DNA of 63,827 nucleotides, the filler included, from Hyphochytrium catenoides (taxonomy: Eukaryota > Protista > Hyphochytriomycota): assembly GCA_900088475.1 (NCBI GenBank). It is 10 parts of 10 records of this genome, joined end to end, with 100 filler letters (N's around TTAATTAATTAA, not from the genome) between each part and the next. Parts side by side here need not be neighbours in the genome. Positions count along the whole stretch, not along the records: positions 1 to 14,721 come from FLMG01001783.1; 9 more parts are not named here. One strand, 5' to 3'. Shown here in pieces: positions 1 through 14,821 of the stretch. Each line of letters begins with the position of its first letter. The first letter of the stretch is position 1. The notes beneath the pieces are model-generated. The model was not told the DNA's origin, searched no databases, and saw only the letters and a program-made list of their open reading frames with translations. A program made the translations under genes and the position numbers.

Positions 1-699
1 TGGGACAACATTTGGACGACTTGGTGGAAAGTCTCTTCATGTCTGCCATGCATAACGGACAGGTTCGGACCATGAAAGCGAACTACAAGATTCAAGCGGG
101 AGACATACAGGTCATCCGGCCCTTAGCCTACGTCCGAGAGCATGAGACCAAAAAGGTAAGCCAGAAATTGGCCTATCCACAATTACTCCTTCGTCCGGTG
201 TCTGCAGGGTTTTCCCCTTCGAGCCTGTGTTGAGTGTCTTTCTCCCCCTCACTCTCAACGTGATCTTAACGTCTCGTTCCAACAGTTTGCCCAGGAGGCG
301 CGGTTGCCGGTTATCAATGAGAATTGCCCAGCTTGCTTCGAGCAACCGAAAGAGAGGCATAGGATCAAAAAGATGCTGGCCAAGGAGGAATCGCTTTTTC
401 CTGACATCTTTGGCACCATGAAAAAGGCGCTGGTTCCTCTAATGGACGAGGCAATGTATCCCCTCATGACCCAGATAGTGGAGAGGGTGGAGTCCCGCTC
501 CCAGCAGAACAAAAGAAGAAAGCCTGCATCGGCATCGGTGAACCCTACTGAGGCCCGAGAGGAGGCAAAGCGAGCAGAGGAAGAAGAGAGGCGGCGAAAA
601 GAGCTTCTCAAACTGCTAATTGACGTGGACGAGGACACACTGCGGGCTGAACTAGAAAGGCGAAAAGCCAAGCGTCCACGTATCGAGATCGAAGAGTAG
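1..699 (+). CDS. TtcA-like tRNA 2-thiocytidine biosynthesis protein (PP-loop ATPase), 5'-truncated
   Basis: Exon GQHLDDLVESLFMSAMHNG...VIRPLAYVRE, GT-AG intron 156-285, then FAQEARLPVINENCPACF...KERHRIKKML. The H-x-DD-x-E, IRPL and CxxC motifs fit the TtcA family. Confidence 0.85.
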
Positions 700-1305
700 A
701 ACCGCTCCCACCTTTGAAAGAGGCATCTTAAGAAGGAGAGACTTCTAGTCAAAGAGGGGCCCGAGGGCTAAGTTTCCAGCAGCCTTTGTAGGAGAGGATG
801 ACGACACCTCCGATAATAATGCAGTCCTGTACATTAGTTGTGGTCTTGTCGATATAATATGAGCAGTCCCCTTCTTCAAAACGAAAGGAGTTCTGCGACG
901 ACCGCCTGCCTAGTCCCTTACGAAGCCCCACGCTATCAGTACGCATAATGCTCTTGCGATGCTTTTGCCGCCAAAGCGGTTCCTCCTAAGGTGCTTATTT
1001 GGAGGCTTCGCAGTAATGGGAAAATCGCCCAGGGGTAGTGGGACATAGACAGAGCGGCCCCTCCAGGACCTTCACCTACTAACAACAATCATCAAACTAT
1101 CACTTTCAAGGAAGCCGCAAACATTGAGGGCGCCGTGGATAGAATGGACTAATGCACACAGCGCCAGACGAACCAAGCGGGTTCGCCGGTGCCCTCTAAA
1201 AGATAGAGCGCCGAGAACGGCCTCGAACTGGCGGAGAAGATGTGGAAGAATATAACAATTCTAATAAGAGGATAAAGGAAGACGTCCCTTGAAGAGTGAA
1301 CGGGT

Positions 1306-1386
1306 AGCAGCAGCAGCAACAGGAGCAGCAGCAGCACCAACAGCAACAGGAGCAGCAGCAGGAGCAACAACAGCAGCAGCAGCAGC

Positions 1387-1431
<45 letters not shown>

Positions 1432-1465
1432 GCAGCGCAGCAGCAACAACAGCAGCAGCAGTAGC

Positions 1466-1498
<33 letters not shown>

Positions 1499-1566
1499 GC
1501 ACCAACAGCAACAGGAGCAGCAACAACAGCAGCAGCAGCAGCAGTACCAACAGCAACAGCAGCAGC

Positions 1567-1611
<45 letters not shown>

Positions 1612-1799
1612 GCAGCAGCACCAGAGCAGCAGGAGCAGCAACAACAGCAGCAGCAGCAGCAGCGCAGCAGCACCAACAGCAGCAGCACCAACAGCAGCAG
1701 CAGCAGCGCAGCAGCAACAACAGCAACAGCACCAACAGGAGCAGCAGCAGCAACAGCAGCAACAGCAGCAGCAGCAGCACCAACAGCAACAGCAGCAGC

Positions 1800-1845
<46 letters not shown>

Positions 1846-1977
1846 CAGCAGCACCAGCAACAACAGCAACAGCAGCAGCAGCAGCAGCAGCAGCGCAGCA
1901 GCAGCAACAGCAGCAGCGCAGCAGCAGCAACAGCAGCAGCGCAGCAACAACAGCAGCAGCAGCAGCAGCAGCAACAG
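1306..1977. repeat. Long degenerate (CAG/CAA)n repeat with recurrent CG interruptions
   Basis: About 670 bp of CAG/CAA/GAG/CAC triplets, punctuated by cagcgcag units that shift the triplet phase. Confidence 0.95.
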
Positions 1978-2136
1978 TGGCCTCAGAAATCACCTCTTGT
2001 CGAGTTTGAGTCCTACTCAGTTGGCACCAACGCGGCACCAGACTATCGATCGGTTATCTCTAAGAGAAACTAGGGCATTGTGAAGAAACACCGAAACTAA
2101 AGTTTGTTGAAACAAAGAGCAACTGGAAAAAAGATT

Positions 2137-2220
2137 TCCGGCCTGCCGGAATCGAACCAGCGACCAATTGATGTCTGTTACTACTACAGTCAATCGCTCT
2201 ACCAACTGAGCTAAGGCCGG
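2137..2220 (-). tRNA. tRNA-Tyr(GUA) with 11-nt canonical intron
   Basis: Minus strand reads CCGGCCTTAGCTCAGTTGGTAGAGCG ATTGA CT GTA G [tagtaacagac, 2173-2183] A TCAAT TGGTC GCTGG TTCGATT CCGGC AGGCCGG A, followed by a T-run Pol III terminator. Confidence 0.95.
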
Positions 2221-2694
2221 GAAATGCTTGATACAGTGATTTCATCTTGGGTATATATAGGTGAAATGTAACATCAGGGCCTCTGCAGACAGGCGCCACT
2301 GGTTGCGCGGATCAGAACCGTCATCGAAGAGTATGAGTTTACGAGCCGACAAAAGGCAAGAAAAGAACTCAGTGAACCGACATCACTTCTTCTGCCCCAG
2401 AGATCCACCGATCACAGCTTCTGTGACGCCGTTGAGCCCTCGAAGAAGGTTTATTTGGCCCTGGTGACGGCATTTCGCGTCCTCTTGCACGTGTCTGAAA
2501 GTCTTGTCCGGCTGTTTGCGTCCAGCCACTGAGGAGAAGCAGCAGCAGTGTTGCCAATCAGGCTGGGAGGAGTACCCTCTGATCTACAGTCCACACGAAG
2601 AGGCTTACACCTTCTCTTCGTCTGAGAGATTCACCAGGTTTGAAGTGCCTTTAATCAACCTGGCTGTTACCAAGGCTTCATAGATTTGCGGTGA

Positions 2695-4782
<2,088 letters not shown>

Positions 4783-4918
4783 GCCTCCTGGAGGCTGAGG
4801 GCTGCACACGCCCTTTATAGTTTGTACATTAATTATCTATACAAGAATCTTGTTGGCTTTCTAAGGTTGCACAGTCTGTGCTCTCTATCTGAAGCCACCG
4901 ATCTATCTAGAAGGACTG

Positions 4919-7900
4919 TCAAACCTGCTCAGTCTGCCATCCAATGGAGTGCAAAAGCTTCTGTAGTTTGGCCTTTTCTCTGGCTGACTGACGGCCATTG
5001 TGTCCACAGTTCAATGGGATCAGATACCCTAACTCTGGATCTGCGGACATCTTTCCTGTCCTTTCAAGCTCTTCCCGTCCCTTCTTTTGTGTTTGCAATC
5101 TCTCGCTAAAGGTATCTACCAGGTAAGAGATAAACCCAACTAAGAAGGCGACCTCTGGATCGCCATTGAGAGCCGGATTGCTGGCAAGTACCTAGCGCGA
5201 GGATGCGGCAAAGCTGAGCAAGGCAGGCACTAGAAGAGTAATAGCACTTCAATCCGACAAATGCAACTTCTAATAACATAGAGGCAAGCGACAGCAGGTC
5301 CCCAGGGCAAGTGCAGGTGAGAGATACAGGGCCACGACTACAAATAAAGCGGGAGCTAGTCTTCGCCAAAGTACAGTGAGTTTTGGCAAAAGATGACAAC
5401 GTCAGAGCTTACCTGTCCTAGTTTGCCCTCTGCTTTCACGAGGCCTACTGGCACGATTCTCGTGGCAACATGCTGATCTACCAGGCACTCTGACCCACAG
5501 TTCGCCAGCACTTGCGGACCCCATGTTAGAAGCGAACAGCACCAGGAACGTACACCGTCTAGCCCTCGACCTAAGGCTTGACCAAGAATCTGCCCACAGT
5601 GACCGTCACAAGCCACTAGAGCCATCCAAAGCTGTGTGAGGAGACAGTAGGATCCTTCAGCTGAAGTTATACCAAACAGGAGATCATAACCGCTAAGGGG
5701 AAGGACCAACCTGCACCATATCCGAAGAGGGACCCTGAGGGTCGTGCACCTTCTCACCAAGCTTCCGTAGTAGCACATAAAAGGCTTGGATATGCTCTTC
5801 TCTGAGGGCTATACCTGGGAAGATCAAGAAAGTCCTTGAGACATCGATGGCAACTTTTCATTTAATGATATAAGAAGACTTCAAGCCGAGAGAGTGCTTG
5901 CCACAATGTAAGCCCAGACTTCCATCGAGAAGACGCTTTCGAGCCTCTAGGAGATAATGGTTGTGAAAAGTTCAAGCGGTCGAAAAGAAGCGGAGAAAGG
6001 CAACGTACCTCTTACTGGAGGCATTAGCCCGTTAAGATCTCTCAGCTTAGGATCGAGTGGTCTGTTATATTCGCAATTATAGCCAAGCTCCTTGATCATG
6101 GCAATTCCCGCTTTTAGTGACGAAGGGTCGGTAACGATCTAAGAGATATAATGGAGTGTCTAAGCCTTACGATATCAGTTTTAGAGCCACTATCCAGAGC
6201 GTGAGACTCACCTCGTCTTCTGGGTCACAGCAGACGATCTTTAAACATCTCGCTTCCAGGTACCTGAATCCGATTCCCATGGGCACAACTACTTAGCAGC
6301 GTGGATATCAACACATACCCCTTGGCGTGGATTCTTGTCTCACCTTTCCACATTATCCGATTGCCAAAAAGTTGCCCATTTAAGGCCCGCTCCCGCCCAA
6401 GGGGCAATCAACTTCCTCGCGACTGCCGGCAAGTTGGCGAACGTCCTATCGGCAACGACAAAATCGACATCGCAGTACCTACACGATAAGAAGAAGATCG
6501 AGACGACGTTGGGCCTATCGTCAGAGACTGAAGTGGACAGATGGTCATCTTTATGAGTTTGATAGTTTGAATTAACCACCGGTGGACGCTCCTATACTCC
6601 CTCTTTGCCGTTTATAGTGATACAAGCCTTACCTCGCCAAATATATGGCCACCATTCCTCCTATGGACTCTCCGTGCACTCCTATAGACTTCATGCCCCT
6701 AGAACTTCGGAGATACTCGACAACCGCCTCCCCGTCTCTGTTATTGGCGTCGGGAGAAGGAGATCCGGTACTCCTAACGTAGCTTCCAGACACTAGAGTA
6801 AGTTATCAAGTTGTTGCCGTTGCCAATCGCTCCCCTCTCTCCTTTTGATTGTCTGCACACAAAAAGCGCAATCTCGTAACCTCATCAACCCGTCTCGTGA
6901 TGCCTGGCTTTATCTTACTCTTCCTAATTCTCCTCTACCTTACCCCCTGTAGTTCCAGACAAACACATTGCAGCCGAGCTCTGTGTAGAACTGCACCCAG
7001 TCCGACTGAATAGGCTGGCACTCATAGATTCCAGCGTTGGGATTACAGAGAATCACAATACGGGAGGACGGAGAAGCGGAAGCTCCTTTGCTCGACGTGG
7101 GAGGTATGAACATCCCGTCAATCCTGTTCTTATCTTTCCCTACAATGACAATCTCCTCGCCGCTAAACCTGCATGAGAAGGAAAGAAGAACGTTAACCTC
7201 TTAGTTGGACTCGTACATCTCTCATCATACCCTCATACACCTCCCGTCAAATCCTCCTTTTGATTGACTACATCAACTCTCATCTTCTTACGGCTGTTGA
7301 GTTCCTTTATCGTATCCGTTCCACTTTCATAGATTCGCAGTTTTTTCTCTCAGCGCCTTATAGGCTTTCACTTTCTTCACTTTTCCTCTCTCTCTTGTCT
7401 CTCTCTCTTTCTCTGTCAGCATGGAACCGGCTTTCCTGTTATTGTTATGCCGTCTATGTATTCTATATCCTTCTCTTCACAAACCCAAACTATAGTAGCT
7501 GACGCACCGGTTTGCCAAGTCTGCGCGCATAAGGTTCAGATTTGCGGCGCCTGCAGAGGAAGGTCGAGGGCAGTCTTAGAGCACGAATAAGAAGACAATG
7601 AAAGCGACCAGAGCGAGCACAGAGAGCCACACGGGAACTCCAGATAGGCTGGCTCGTAGCGTCATAGAATCGGCAGCAGCTAGACCAAAATTTATTCTAC
7701 CTGAAAGCGGGAAGCGAGAATGGTAGCACTGGTAAACAAGCCCCAACGGTCCCGAGAAGGGTCTTTCGCCCTCTCCCAAAAGGTCAGAAGAGAACGCTAG
7801 CTTCTTCGCTGAGGTTTCCAAGGCCTTAATGCTAGGATAGTAGCTCTCGCCGTGAGAGTTTGAGCTCGAAGTGCCCTTCTCCTCTGCCGCGCGTGCAGTT

Positions 7901-9278
7901 AAACGCAGCCTCTCCGTCTCGAACTGCGAAATAGTTGCATGGTCTAGAGATGCTAACAGAGGTTCGAGAGCCTTTATACCTTGCACCACTTCGAGGAGAA
8001 GTTCGCTCAGCTGCAGCCAACGAAGGTGGAGGTTAGACAGGATCATGGTGGCAAGTTGACAATTGAGGGAGGACAGCGTTGATGCTAGCAAGAGACGTCT
8101 CTCAGCATAGAGAACGCAGGTGTCAAACGTCAGGTTTCAGTGAATTCGGCCCAATTCAGTAAACTATTGAAGAGGACCACAAGGACATCACAAGGCTCTT
8201 CGCCCTTACACTATGTCCGGCCTCTGTGATAGTGCCTCTTGTGTCTTGAAGAGAGAGAGCAGCCTGAAGTGGCGCCAAGTGCTCCTCTTGACAATAGTTT
8301 ACGTCCTAAAACCGTGCACATATTGTCACGTTAGAAGTCTTTTGGAAAGCTGTACTAGGACCGTAGGGGTGAAGCGAAGGACATTGGGCTGACGGAGCGA
8401 GCAACGGAGATATTGTCACCTGGAGTGCATTCCCGAACTCAAACTTTCTCCCGTTTTCCTGGTCAGCTGCCAGCAGCATCTGACACAAGTCGAGGAGAGC
8501 CTCTGAGGACACCATCAGACGTTTATTGAGCATGCGGGCGTACTCATGCTCAATATCCCTAATGACCATAGGCATAGCTCCGGGATAGGTAAGGGATCGA
8601 GCCAAAACAAAAATCGCCGTATAGCAGCCTGTGATCGAGAAAGAGAAAAAGCAACGTTTGATGAGTTGCTGTTCACTCTCCATAGACAAGGCCGGTCTCC
8701 TCCCAGCCCAAGAAGTAGTCATAGGGAACTCGCACCAGAGCGCTGGTTGTAAGATTGGAGAGGAGATCAGAGTCGAAACACCACGACAAAAGTTGACGGA
8801 TGGGTCAATCGAGGCAACAGTCTAGGAACAAGATAAGGTAACGAGAGTTAATGCTAAGCCATGGTGACAGGAGCAAACGACCAGGTGGAAGTGGGGCAGT
8901 GAAGTATCTATAGGGCAAACCTAGGAGTATGAGGGCCAAGAGACCAGGCTGCGTGAGGACGCTAGCTAGCCAACGGAAGGTAACCCATGTGGTGGCAAAG
9001 AGAGCTTGAAGCACAAGAACCACCATCGCAGTTAATTTTGGGTTCACGATGAGGATGCGAAAAGGGAGCCACAATTGCTCTGCTAGGTAGACGGGGTCCC
9101 CGGTTTGCTCGTCCTCTGGCCTCTTCCCTCTCTCGCAAGCCCGTGCCTGGGGTGCCATTTGGGCTTCTGAACTATCACCTCTCTGCTGGACCATGCATTC
9201 TTCTAGGGCTCGGGGACTTGTATCCTCCACAAGTGGCTGGAAAGCAGGCGCGGTCAAGTTGACTCGCACATCAGCCAT
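4919..9278 (-). CDS. Membrane-anchored alpha/beta hydrolase (ABHD/BEM46-like), many short exons
   Basis: Hand-spliced minus-strand exons: ILCNPNAGIYE...WVQFYTELGCNVFVWNYRG (~6945-7168), GVHGESIGG nucleophile elbow (~6650-6680), VVADRTFANL, CDPEDE|IVTDPSSLKAGIA, and C-terminal LIPLNCGHNG with stop at 4919. Hydrophobic N-terminal exons correspond to ORFs 8805-9302, 8306-8722 and 7576-8091. Start codon and some exon borders are approximate. Confidence 0.8.
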
Positions 9279-9688
9279 GCCTTGCCTGGCACTACATCTC
9301 ACACAGACATCATCATTGGGAGAATTAGTCTACGGCTGAGACTCTACCAGCGCGCACTGCATGCGACGGTATGGTTCTGATGCCCCTAATAATGATAGCC
9401 TTGACGCCATGCTCGTGCAATGATCTAGGCCCTCAGTCGGCAAGGGCTTCAATCCTAATCTTAGCCTCGAGGCACCTCTGGGACTGGGTGCATCACATTC
9501 TTCGTCCCAACTCGCTGTTTCTCTCTCATCTCGTTACTCGGAGGACAGCCTCCCTCTTCCCTTCTCTCTCCCTCCTATAAAAACTCTCTCTCTCCTCTCT
9601 CCCTCTCTGTATCCATCTCTCTCTCTCTTTTCTCTCTGTCTTTCACACACTCTCTCTCTCTTTCTCTCTTTTTCTCTCTCTCTCTTTT

Positions 9689-9742
<54 letters not shown>

Positions 9743-10347
9743 CTCTTTCTTTCTTTCTGCCTGTTTCCGTCTTACTACCGCTAACGGCACTATATCCCTA
9801 ACCAGAATGAATAGTTCCAAATACAGTGCGATTGTAGTACTTGCAGGAAAGCGGCTTCAGGGGCCAAAGTCCTTCTTCTATATTCAGGCCTCACTTTCAC
9901 TAAGGTCCGAAATCATGCGACTGACCAGGGGTTACTTCAGAAATCATCTTCGGAAGCCGCTTTGAGTGATCTTTCACGTTGCGTTTGCCAGGTAAATATT
10001 AGCCTTTAGCGCTGCGTGAGTGAACCCATCATCTTTTGGAAAGTGTGTCTTTGATGATTGGCAAGCTCTGTTGATTCTTTCTCTCTCTGGCGGTGATGGG
10101 CCGCGGCGACCTAGGCCTGACGTCCAGGTAAGGAAGGAGAAGCTTTTTATCGGCGACTCAGCCTGCTGCAGGGCTCAATGGGCGGAGCAGGGAGTGGTAG
10201 TAAGAAGAGCCACAGCGACCAGCTCTTAGGTTCTGCAGATTTGTTAAGGCAGGTGCTATTGGCCATGCGCTAAAGACGGAGGATTGAACACTTGATTAGT
10301 CTGGAGAGATAGCAAGCTCGTGCGGCGAGTAAATTGATCCTCACAAG

Positions 10348-13300
10348 ATGGCTCGGACGATAGAGGTGAAGCAGGTGAAGGCCAAGAAGGATGGAAGTAA
10401 GTAACACGGAAAGTTGAGACCAATTTTGTTGACGGGATATCTAACCCTACAGTCTCCGACGTACCTCTCTATTTCTTTGCAGAATGCCTGGCCATCCTTC
10501 TCTACGCAGTTCATACCATTTCACTGGTTTTTGCTGTGCTCCTGGCGCTGACAGCACTATCGGTGATGGGCTCACCCTCCTCTAGAGTGACTCTGCCCAG
10601 CTTCGCACAGGACATTTGCCTTTACTTTGGCATCATCTCCATAGCGGGCTCTATCATAGCTATCGCTGGAGTGCGCATGCACATTACCTACATTCTAGGC
10701 AAACAGTTCAATGTTCTCCTCTGTCTGGTGAGTAAACGCTCAGACTATTCATCCCATGCACAGCAAGGCCTATCATTGAATGTTTTTCTTCCCAGTACTT
10801 GTTGGTGGCCATAATATCTGCAGGACTCATAATACTAGGGGGAGCGGCGTCCATTGCCATGACTAACGTGATCCAGGACGTGGCGGAGATACATACGCTG
10901 CCCCCAAGAACAAAAGTGCCATCGGAAGCCGTGAAAGCGTTTGAAGTTTACAGCATCGAGTCTATCGCTACTCTATCGTCGGCCAACCCTGAGAGGTGGC
11001 TGCAGATCCAAGGAAGTCTAAGCTGTTGTGGGTACACTAATGGCTCCAAGATTGACTGGTACATTGAACCAGAGGTGAGGGGTCTGAGAAATTCTCTAGA
11101 CTCTACTTGCTCCTGCATTTGTGAAGGCACAAACAGCTTGTTGAGCTTCGATAGAATATTGGTCCTAGTCTTTGTACAACGTTAGAAGCTCCTCCATTCC
11201 CCACCATCTCCTGCTTTCCGCTGTCTCTCTCCTAGCCACACAACCCTCTCTCTCTTTCCCTTGCTCTTATAGTCAGATCTTCCCTCCCTTTCATCCCTGT
11301 TTTGCGTCTCATCTTGACTCCATCCATCTTCAAGTCTTTGGTGGCCTTCATGTGCAACTGCCCTACTCTTCTTCTTCTGATCGCCCGGTGGTTCCTACGT
11401 TAGATCGTAGCTCTAAACGGCAAAATTCAAACGTATGAAGCTGCCTGCCACTCCCGTTGCTATACGGCTAAGGGCCGTGGTGGTACAGCTGAGTGTCCCT
11501 CTGTCTCTTGGTGCAAGGAAGTAGTTCTAGGGATCGATCACGTCAGTCTCTTCTACATGGGCTTGGGCATGATTCTCTATGGCAGTTATCAGGTACCCTC
11601 GCGGCACTCTAGGGAGTCCAACCACCTTCATCCCCAGTCTTCCTATCCACCATCTCCCAGTGAAGACAGCTTTACGCTCTACATTTCTCATACTGAGTTC
11701 TGGTTTAGACTTCTTTAGGTCCTAATTTTTCCTCCAACTGGCCGCTGTCCCGTTAATTATCTGCTCGACCTCTATGCCGCCTATTTGATTCCATTGTCAT
11801 CCCTTCTGCTATCCATCGTAGGTCATCTTGGTGCTGGTGACAGCGTATTTCTTTATCCTATGGTATCCCAAGCACCTGAAGGAGGGAAAGAGTCCTAGGG
11901 CTAGCCCTCGGACGAGACGTGCCTCTCCTACGGCAAAACGCCAGTCAGACTTCTCTTCTGCTCCACCTGACCTAGAACAGGGCCAGGTTAACCCCCAGGA
12001 ACAAGTAGAAGAATCAGGTAATATGAGCAAGAAATCCCAAAATTCAAAAATAGACCTAATCCTTTGCAAGCCAATGCAGGGCAACACGATAAAACGTTAA
12101 ACGGGGAGATCCAGCAGTTCAACTCCTCCAGCCCAGCTGATCCTGACCCATCGGCTTCTGCTAGTCCCCATGCTGAAGTTATTGAAGAGCAGAGACAACT
12201 GGACTCTGGAGAGGCTGATGAAAAAGCTGAGAGCAGTCCGCAGCCAGTTGAGCCTCAGACAGCCGGAGATGTAGTACCTGCAGTTGGAGGCGATAGCGAG
12301 CAAAGTGCGATGATCACACCTGTGATCCCGGAGGAGCAGACGTCCATTCCACCTGTGGATCTTTGCGAGGGCGAGAGGAGTCAAAATATCACTTCCCCGT
12401 CTAATCCTAGGCAGAGCCCAGAGCAACCATCGTTACCTCTAGAGGACAGTTTGAAGCGCACTCCCGAACCTACAGATTCAGCACAGGCTGCAGAAGCCCC
12501 TGGGTGTCAAGTTCAAAGCCTGGGTGAATTAACATACGACACCCCGGCTGGTCCTCTGCAGTCTGGACTTAAGGAGAGCCCGGAGGAGGCAAAGATATCT
12601 GAGCCGACGGAGCCGCTGATGGACCAGCCAGTACCTACTAACGCCTACGGAGTAGAAGAAGCACCGATACCAGATCCTTGTGGCGGTGCTGACGCTAACT
12701 CCACTCCAAATGCATCAGAGGAGAGTATCAACGCAGCGCCAGCCGATGTTACCTTGACTGTCGAAATCCCACATTCTCTTACCCCAGAGAACATCCATGC
12801 CCCTCCTTCGGTCTCTCACGCAGCTATTCTAAGCTCAGGAGAGGCTGACTCCAGCTCACACTTGGGGCGGGACGTCGAGCCGAGCAATACGCTCTCACAC
12901 TTGCCTGATGGTACCACCCAGGAGGCTGCAGCGTCCACATTGCTCGATCAAACAGAGACAACTACAAACACGGCTGCGGAATTGGTCGCGAAAGGGGCGT
13001 CAGTACCACCAACGGCTCCTGGAGATACTCTAAACATTGCCCCTGCATCTTTGTCTAACACAACTGAGTTAGCAGGTTCAGCCAGCAGTGCGCATTCGAA
13101 CGAAACAAGCGTGCCAAATGGCTCAACAAATGAATCCACCCATACTAAGCAGGATGGCTCAGATGCCGTCGTGAAGGGTGCGGAGGACCAGTCCAAAATC
13201 CCAACGGACAGCGGCCCTGTTGCTCCTCTTCCTCATCAGGTTCAGCAAGAGGCTTCAGCTCCCATCGCAGAGTCTGACGAGACAGACCTGCCAAGGGCCC

Positions 13301-13446
13301 CAGCTAGTGAATCTGATCCTCCATCTCCATCTGCTCCACCTACATGCGACACTGAAGAGAGTGGCAAGAAGGAGCATGACTCTTCAGGCAATCTACTAGT
13401 ACCAGATTCTATAGTCAATGAGCAGAAGGGTCAGCCTTCATCATAA
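10348..13446 (+). CDS. Tetraspanin-family protein with long acidic Pro/Ser/Thr/Glu-rich C-terminal tail
   Basis: Three N-terminal hydrophobic segments, a large loop with WLQIQGSLSCCGY (CCG motif) and further Cys, a fourth TM (ILVLVTAYFFILW), then the ~460 aa low-complexity ORF 12064-13446. Joining the tail requires an inferred intron at ~11988-12070. Confidence 0.7.
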
Positions 13447-14269
13447 AAGAAGGTTAAGTCCGGGAGCTCTATCAGCTCTATCGGATGGCTCCACAACTCG
13501 CTGCATAGCCGAAAAGTCACGGGAACAAGTATTCGTTACTTCTGAAAGTAAAAAACTTAGTTGGGGTTACAACTAATGAACGAAAGCTGTCAAGTGCGTC
13601 TTTGAGTCCGTTAGTAGTCTTTGCGGCGTCTCAGCTTTGAAGAAACGAGGGCTTTAGCAAACATTAAACACCGCCTAGTCTAGCTGCCTAGTCTAGCTGC
13701 CCGGTGCCCACGATAGGACCTACCAAGGCTACGCATCGAATCGAATGGACTTGACATGTTCTTGCATCTCATTTCGCCTACATCATGGCCCGGTGGTCTG
13801 CCAATTCAACCATACATTGCGCGGAGACTGCCTTCTTTGCTCTGCCTCATTCCCAATCAGCCACCAGCCATCTTCTTGCTCCTTCTTGTCTCCGTCATCC
13901 ATGACGCTAGCCTTTTTGCACGGCAGATAGCTCATAGCTCCGGCCTCTCAGCATCGTCGAGATAAGCAGTGCAACGCCTGCAACACACTCATCACCGCCA
14001 CAGAAATTTCCGTTTCAGTGGCAAATGTGATAACCAAATTAGAATCAGACTGTCTAGTTTTTTGGCGCCAACGGCGTGAATTTTGCTTCAACTCCTCCTC
14101 CTCCTCCTCCTTTCCTCCTCCAGTCCCAAAACTGATGGGAAGCTTTCTCTCTCTCCCGCTCTGTCTCTCTCCCTGGCTCCACATCTCCCGCTGTTTCTAT
14201 CCAGGTTTCCCTCGCTCGCTCGCTCGTCTCCTTCGTTCTGCTTCTCTTCTCCGTATCCCTGACTTACTA

Positions 14270-14303
<34 letters not shown>

Positions 14304-14565
14304 CCGTGTTGTTTCGCACCCCCGTCGTGGTCTGTCATACGAGCCCATCCTCCAGTTTGTCTGGCTTTCCTCCGTGCAGCTGCTGCGCTGCATCCCGCCG
14401 AGTGGTCCTTCTAAGCTGCTTCCCACCATTATTTTGGCGCTCACGCAGAGCTCCGATTCAGCTGTTTAAAGAGGCGTCACGCTTTGGCAGGGTCTAGATC
14501 GTCTCTTGCCCGGGCGGAAGAAGGGAAAGACCCGGCTCTGGACCGCACTCTGGACAGCAGGAGTC

Positions 14566-14721
14566 ATGATTGGGCAGGTTGTGGCTCGATTGCTCTGGTA
14601 AGCACTTAAATTCTTCATCTTCAGCCGCGCCCTTGCCACAGCCACATAGTGCTGAGAATGAAACTCTGCAGTGACGTGATAGGATGCCTCTACCCTGTTT
14701 ACGCCTCAGCCAAGGCCGCGC
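14566..14721 (+). CDS. HVA22/REEP/DP1-Yop1 family ER-shaping protein, 5' end, cut by gap
   Basis: ATG at 14566, intron 14598-14671 (GTAAGC...CTGCAG). Spliced product MIGQVVARLLCDVIGCLYPVYASAKAA matches the REEP/HVA22 G-x-L-Y-P-x-Y-x-S-x-K-A N-terminus. Confidence 0.75.
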
Positions 14722-14821
14722 NNNNNNNNNNNNNNNNNNNNNNNNNNNNNNNNNNNNNNNNNNNNTTAATTAATTAANNNNNNNNNNNNNNNNNNNNNNN
14801 NNNNNNNNNNNNNNNNNNNNN
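14722..14821. other. Artificial contig-joining spacer (44N-TTAATTAATTAA-44N)
   Basis: The same 100-nt spacer occurs at 18008, 24117, 26084, 29040, 41321, 55062, 61478 and 62659. The 12-mer carries stops in all six frames. A plain 47-N gap lies at 31190-31236. Confidence 0.97.

Noticed and set aside
1149-2083. PolyC/polyL/polyA/polyQ ORFs on both strands
   Set aside because: They are translations of the CAG repeat, with no domain content.
5106-6796. Short ORFs first suspected to be retroelement remnants
   Set aside because: They resolve into exons of the minus-strand alpha/beta hydrolase.
14766-14777. Recurrent TTAATTAATTAA as a biological repeat or CRISPR-like unit
   Set aside because: Always centred in a fixed 100-nt N block; an assembly linker.
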